DNA from: an uncultured virus (IMG/VR IMGVR_UViG_3300029955_000003)
Lineage: Duplodnaviria > Heunggongvirae > Uroviricota > Caudoviricetes
Length of the DNA: 20,000 bases
Strand: one strand, 5' to 3'
Virus record (IMG/VR): IMGVR_UViG_3300029955_000003
Made by a program: the position numbers and the translations under genes. The notes under the pieces are model-generated. The model saw only the letters and a list, made by a program, of their open reading frames with translations, was not told the origin of the DNA and searched no databases. How positions within the stretch are numbered: the stretch's first letter is position 1; each line of letters opens with the position of its first letter. This document shows positions 16,247-20,000 of this stretch, piece by piece.

Positions 16247-16636
16247 ATGCGCCGGTATAATATCAACGAGTTCCAAAAACAAACCGCTTATCGTAAGTTA
16301 AATGCATCCTATCAAGTTATGGATGATGCAGAAGAACATGTAGTCGGCATCTGTAAAATAGAAGATGGTGTTATAACCAAATTAGATTATACAGAGTCGA
16401 AAGATAATTATTTTGCTGGACAAGTCGTCACTACTATATTGACAGCCGCATGTAAAGAAGCAGATTCTAAAGACTGTTTTTTGTATATTGAGATTTCAGA
16501 TACCGAGCAAAATTTTAAAAAAATGCTTGAGCGTTTTGGGTTCCGTGACCAAGGTGAAAATATTCTCAAGCGTGGACCGGGAAGCATTCTTCCTCCTAAT
16601 CCTGCATTGGTTCCGGGGTTTAGTGGCGGTTTATAA
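16247..16636 (+). CDS. GNAT-fold acetyltransferase-like protein (degenerate)
   Basis: Pattern ...ILTAACKEADSKDCFLYIE...FKKMLERFGF resembles the GNAT C-terminal motifs. The acetyl-CoA loop (R/QxxGxG) is not canonical. Confidence 0.5.
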   Translation: MRRYNINEFQKQTAYRKLNASYQVMDDAEEHVVGICKIEDGVITKLDYTESKDNYFAGQVVTTILTAACKEADSKDCFLYIEISDTEQNFKKMLERFGFRDQGENILKRGPGSILPPNPALVPGFSGGL

Positions 16637-16696
16637 ATTTTTCTTGACTTGATAACATATAATCATATTTCCTTTATAATAGAAGGAAATATGATT

Positions 16697-16987
16697 ATGA
16701 CAAAAGTTTTACCCCCACGCAGATATAAGTTAAGCACTGGTCAATTTGTGATGATCGATCCGGCTGATGCCGGGTTTATTGGAACGGCTACGTGGCGCGC
16801 TAAGAAGAGCGACGGCAGCGATAACTATCATGCAGCATATACCGCCACCATAAACGGTAAGAAGAACGCCACGGTGCGCCTCCATAGGTTGGTCACTAAC
16901 GCAAAAAAGAATGAACGCGTTATATTCATCAATGGTAACGGGTTGGATTGCCGTCGCAAGAATCTAATAAAGGTTAAAATTTCCTAA
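16697..16987 (+). CDS. HNH endonuclease-like protein, catalytic residues apparently substituted
   Basis: LSTGQFVMIDPAD...W...RLHRLV....RVIFINGNGLDCRRKNL follows the phage HNH pattern MHR...VDHINGN.LDNR..NL, but DH is replaced by IF and N by C. SD AAGGA at 16683-16687. Confidence 0.72.
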   Translation: MTKVLPPRRYKLSTGQFVMIDPADAGFIGTATWRAKKSDGSDNYHAAYTATINGKKNATVRLHRLVTNAKKNERVIFINGNGLDCRRKNLIKVKIS

Positions 16988-18096
16988 TGGATAATATTCT
17001 AATCGTTGGTGCTGGCAAAATCGGCACCATCCTATACACTTATATGGGATACTTGAATATTAATGTAGAATTTGCTGATATTAATCCCGCAAATTCTAGC
17101 TATTATACAACATCAGTGAATTTAAAAAATTCTCTTCAAATAAAAGAAATTTTAATTGAAGAGAACATTTCTTGTTTGATTAATACCAGTAGTGTTAATG
17201 ATGTTAAATCAATATTGGCTGTCATAGAATTATGTAATGCTCTGAAAATAAATTATATAGATATCCATTATAATGAGCAAGTGGAAGAAGCGGTTGCATT
17301 ATGGAATTTGGATATTAATGTGATATTAGGAACCGGGTTAGCCCCTGGAATAGTGAATCTTATAGCTGCTGATTTGGTTAATAACACAAAGTTAGAATAT
17401 CCCCATTTGCTAGAAGCTCATGTCGGTAGCTTATCTAGAGATACCGACAATGCCATTTTGTTGGTTCCTACTTATGCAGTAGACGCACTGTGTGATGAAT
17501 ACAACAGTAAAGCTAAGTTTGTGAATAATGGACAGGTGACAGCATATGAACCATTTAAAAATGGTATGAAAAAAGACATAATAATTAATGATTTAAATTA
17601 TGAGGCGTTTGTGACTGCCGGTGGGTTTTCAACATTCTTTGATACTTTCAAAGATAAGATACCTAATATAATTTATCGTAGCTTAAAAAAACCCGGACAT
17701 TATGGTATTGTCTCAGAAAGATACGTCAGTAGGTCGTTTGTGGCACTTCCACCTAAAGACGCAGACGATATCTTAGTACAGTTCGACATGGGAAATTTCT
17801 ATACTGATGTTGAAAACACCACTATAGAAAATGTAGATGATATTGTTATTATGTACGTCACTCTCGGCGGTCTAACAACCAATGGTATTTTTAGTACAGA
17901 ATATACAAAATTAGTTTTTACGCGATCTGATTTCAAGTATGGTTCCGCTACAGATAATTTGATATCATTAGGAATAGTTACGGCGCTTCGGGCTATATTA
18001 TTACAAGCGGTCAACAACAAGGGTATTGTAAAATATGAAGACATCCCTTATAATATACTAACATCTACTTTTGAAACATTTAATGTGAGGTTATAA
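16987..18096 (+). CDS. Saccharopine dehydrogenase / L-lysine 6-dehydrogenase family NAD(P)-dependent oxidoreductase
   Basis: Rossmann motif [36 protein letters not shown] and YRSLKKPGH (compare YxTIRYPGH). Confidence 0.8.
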   Translation: MDNILIVGAGKIGTILYTYMGYLNINVEFADINPANSSYYTTSVNLKNSLQIKEILIEENISCLINTSSVNDVKSILAVIELCNALKINYIDIHYNEQVEEAVALWNLDINVILGTGLAPGIVNLIAADLVNNTKLEYPHLLEAHVGSLSRDTDNAILLVPTYAVDALCDEYNSKAKFVNNGQVTAYEPFKNGMKKDIIINDLNYEAFVTAGGFSTFFDTFKDKIPNIIYRSLKKPGHYGIVSERYVSRSFVALPPKDADDILVQFDMGNFYTDVENTTIENVDDIVIMYVTLGGLTTNGIFSTEYTKLVFTRSDFKYGSATDNLISLGIVTALRAILLQAVNNKGIVKYEDIPYNILTSTFETFNVRL

Positions 18097-18899
18097 TGGG
18101 AAAATATCATGAAGTCTTGGGAATTGCTGAAGGTGCTACCGAGGCAGAAATTAATAGTGCGTTTAAAAAATTAGCAAAAAAATTTCACCCCGATGTTAAT
18201 AAGGATGATCCAGAAGCAGAAAATAAATTCAAAGAAATAAATGAAGCTGCTGATGGGTTAAAAAAAGGAAAGAGTGGACCCGAAGATCAAAGACCACAAG
18301 GAAATCCCGGTGGTTTTGGTTGGGGCGGCACCCCATGGTCGGGCTTCCACGATGCGTTTCGGGATTTTGGAAGAAACCCACATTCACCATTTCAACAAAC
18401 ACAGGCACAGGTTCATGAGTCGGTGGCGGTTCCGTTAGAAACCTTTATCAAAGGTGGTGTTTATAAATTTGTAGTCAATGTAGGGATGCAAAAATTTGAA
18501 CATGATATAACATTAGAGCCGGATACTGCTGTAGGTACTCTAGTGGTAATATCTTTACCGGAAATAAAAAATGTCGTGTTTAATATCCACCTATTACCAA
18601 TATCCACTAATAACATAGAGATACATGGTATTAATCTGGTGATTCCGACGCGCATAAATGTATTTGATGCATTACTCGGTGTTGATAAAATTATAACATT
18701 ACCTGATGATAAACAAATTAATATGACTGTACCATGTGGTGTTCAACCCAACACGCTATTAAGAGTGGTTGGAAAAGGGTTGCATCAAAATAATAAACGC
18801 GGGGACGTATTTATTAAGATAGAATTAGAAGTTCCTAGGATAAATGAGGAACAACGAGATAAAATAAAAGAATTTTTGGAAGAAACTGGGATTAATTAA
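18096..18899 (+). CDS. dnaJ: DnaJ-family co-chaperone, class B (no Zn finger)
   Basis: J-domain YHEVLGI...[11 protein letters not shown]...FKEINEA, a G/F-rich linker, and a C-terminal DALLG...VP.G.QP...LRVVGKG...RGD. Confidence 0.92.
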   Translation: MGKYHEVLGIAEGATEAEINSAFKKLAKKFHPDVNKDDPEAENKFKEINEAADGLKKGKSGPEDQRPQGNPGGFGWGGTPWSGFHDAFRDFGRNPHSPFQQTQAQVHESVAVPLETFIKGGVYKFVVNVGMQKFEHDITLEPDTAVGTLVVISLPEIKNVVFNIHLLPISTNNIEIHGINLVIPTRINVFDALLGVDKIITLPDDKQINMTVPCGVQPNTLLRVVGKGLHQNNKRGDVFIKIELEVPRINEEQRDKIKEFLEETGIN

Positions 18900-18911
18900 T
18901 CCCAGTTTCTT
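18880..18911. terminator. 32-bp perfect palindrome over the dnaJ stop codon, probable terminator
   Basis: AAGAAACTGGGATTAA|TTAATCCCAGTTTCTT. Confidence 0.7.
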
Positions 18912-18913
18912 AT

Positions 18914-18960
18914 TATCAACATCTAGCTATCATATGCCAATTTCACACAATATATTGTTA
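18914..18960. promoter_or_regulatory. Tandem NrdR-like boxes
   Basis: tatCAACATCTAGcta (18914-18929) and acaCAATATATTGtta (18945-18960), 31 bp apart, compared with the consensus acaCwAtATaTwGtgt. Directly upstream of an RNR gene. Confidence 0.7.
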
Positions 18961-18990
18961 AATTGATTAATATACCCAGTCATTAAATAT

Positions 18991-19019
18991 CTTGCCGCAT
19001 CGGATAGATGCACCTATAT
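18991..19019 (+). promoter_or_regulatory. Alphaproteobacterial-type sigma70 promoter for the RNR gene
   Basis: CTTGCC(18991-18996)-N17-CTATAT(19014-19019). A TAAATA also lies at 18984-18989. Confidence 0.65.
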
Positions 19020-19046
19020 AATATCAAAATGAAGGAAATAACCCAC

Positions 19047-20000
19047 ATGAATGACGTATCAGCACTCGCTGAAGCGAACGATGCTTTTTTGCCCATAACG
19101 AATAATCACCTACCTACTTTATACCAACATTATATATATTTGTCCCGTTATTCTCGCTGGCTTGATGACGAGGGTCGCCGCGAAACATGGACTGAAACTG
19201 TTTCGCGTTATTTCAATTTCATGCAAGAGCATCTAATTGAAAATAATAATTTCAACAGCGCGGATATCCGTGGCGAGCTTGAGGAAGCTGTCCTGAATTT
19301 ATCCATTATGCCAAGTATGCGGGCATTAATGACGAGTGGACCGGCTTTGAAGCGCGAGAACATTGCGGGGTTCAACTGCGCTTTCGTCGCAGTCGATTCG
19401 CCTAGAGCGTTTGATGAGATTTTATACGTATTGATGAACGGCACTGGCGTCGGCTTTAGTGTTGAAGAAAAAAGCGTTAGACTTTTACCAATCGTCGCTG
19501 ATGAATTTCATTCAACTGAAACTAAGATAGTCGTAGAAGATTCTAAAATTGGTTGGGCTAAAGCATTTAAGCAGCTTATAAGCCTGTTGTACGCTGGTGA
19601 GATTCCTTCGTGGGACGTTTCTAAGGTTAGAGCGGCAGGGTTCAGACTTAAAACATTTGGTGGTAGGGCATCAGGACCGGAACCCTTGGTTGGACTGTTT
19701 AAGTTTTCGGTAGAGCTTTTTAAGCGCAGTGCCGGGAGAAAACTGACAACGTTAGAATGTCATGATCTTGTTTGTAAGATTGCGGAGATTGTGGTTGTTG
19801 GTGGTGTGAGAAGAAGTGCGTTAATTTCCCTTTCTGATTTAAATGATGATCGTATGCGCTCGTCAAAGTCTGGTTTATGGTGGGAACAAAACGTGCAGCG
19901 CGCGTTAGCCAATAACTCTGCCGTCTATAATGGCAAGCCAGAGATTAAGCTTTTTATGAAAGAATGGTTATCGTTGGTGGAATCTGATTCCGGCGAGCGT
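19047..20000 (+). CDS. nrdJ: Class II (adenosylcobalamin-dependent, monomeric RTPR-type) ribonucleotide reductase, 5' part
   Basis: Not in the ORF track because it runs off the edge. Hand translation: MNDVSALA...YLSRYSRWLDDEGRRETWTETVSRY...IMPSMRALMTSG...AGFNC...LMNGTGVGFSVE...LKTFGGRASGPEPL...VVVGGVRRSALISLS...QRALANNS...SGER. SD AAGGA at 19032-19036. Confidence 0.92.
   Translation, partial: MNDVSALAEANDAFLPITNNHLPTLYQHYIYLSRYSRWLDDEGRRETWTETVSRYFNFMQEHLIENNNFNSADIRGELEEAVLNLSIMPSMRALMTSGPALKRENIAGFNCAFVAVDSPRAFDEILYVLMNGTGVGFSVEEKSVRLLPIVADEFHSTETKIVVEDSKIGWAKAFKQLISLLYAGEIPSWDVSKVRAAGFRLKTFGGRASGPEPLVGLFKFSVELFKRSAGRKLTTLECHDLVCKIAEIVVVGGVRRSALISLSDLNDDRMRSSKSGLWWEQNVQRALANNSAVYNGKPEIKLFMKEWLSLVESDSGER

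Noticed and set aside
16643..16696. sigma70 promoter and TTG start at 16649 for the HNH-like ORF
   Set aside because: CTTGAC is present but has no well-spaced -10. The SD position favours ATG 16697.
853..19444. Short alternative-frame and antisense ORFs in the track (e.g. 1645-2031, 4232-4699, 8741-9229, 13256-13561, 19208-19444)
   Set aside because: They lie essentially within well-supported + strand genes and have no recognisable motifs, so they are treated as shadow ORFs.
1..20000. tRNA, rRNA, cobalamin riboswitch or alternative genetic code
   Set aside because: Intergenic gaps are short with no cloverleaf or B12-box seen. Genes are full length under the standard code, so recoding is not required.

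Overview
AT-rich, gene-dense segment of a large (probably jumbo) T4-superfamily-like lytic phage, almost all on the + strand. The host is probably an alphaproteobacterium (inferred from a CTTGCC-N17-CTATAT promoter, a NadQ-like operator and a B12-dependent RNR). Left to right: a partial minus-strand membrane protein; an NAD+ salvage pair (NadM-Nudix plus NadV/Nampt, NARP2-like); two tandem T7 gp0.7-like protein kinases; a 2H phosphoesterase; primase and DnaB-like helicase; a block of late (TAAATA-promoter) hypothetical/virion genes; a free-standing zinc-ribbon/Vsr-like homing endonuclease; a PD-(D/E)xK exonuclease; RNase H/FEN; a GNAT-like protein; an apparently inactive HNH protein; a saccharopine/lysine dehydrogenase-like enzyme; DnaJ; and the 5' part of a class II ribonucleotide reductase. 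The most interesting signals are regulatory. A NadQ-like operator sits on the NAD operon promoter, both NAD genes share a GGAGU-loop leader hairpin and an identical 13-nt RBS, and tandem NrdR-like boxes lie upstream of the RNR. Together these suggest phage metabolic/anti-defence genes wired to host metabolite-sensing repressors. All family calls come from motif reading, not database searches.
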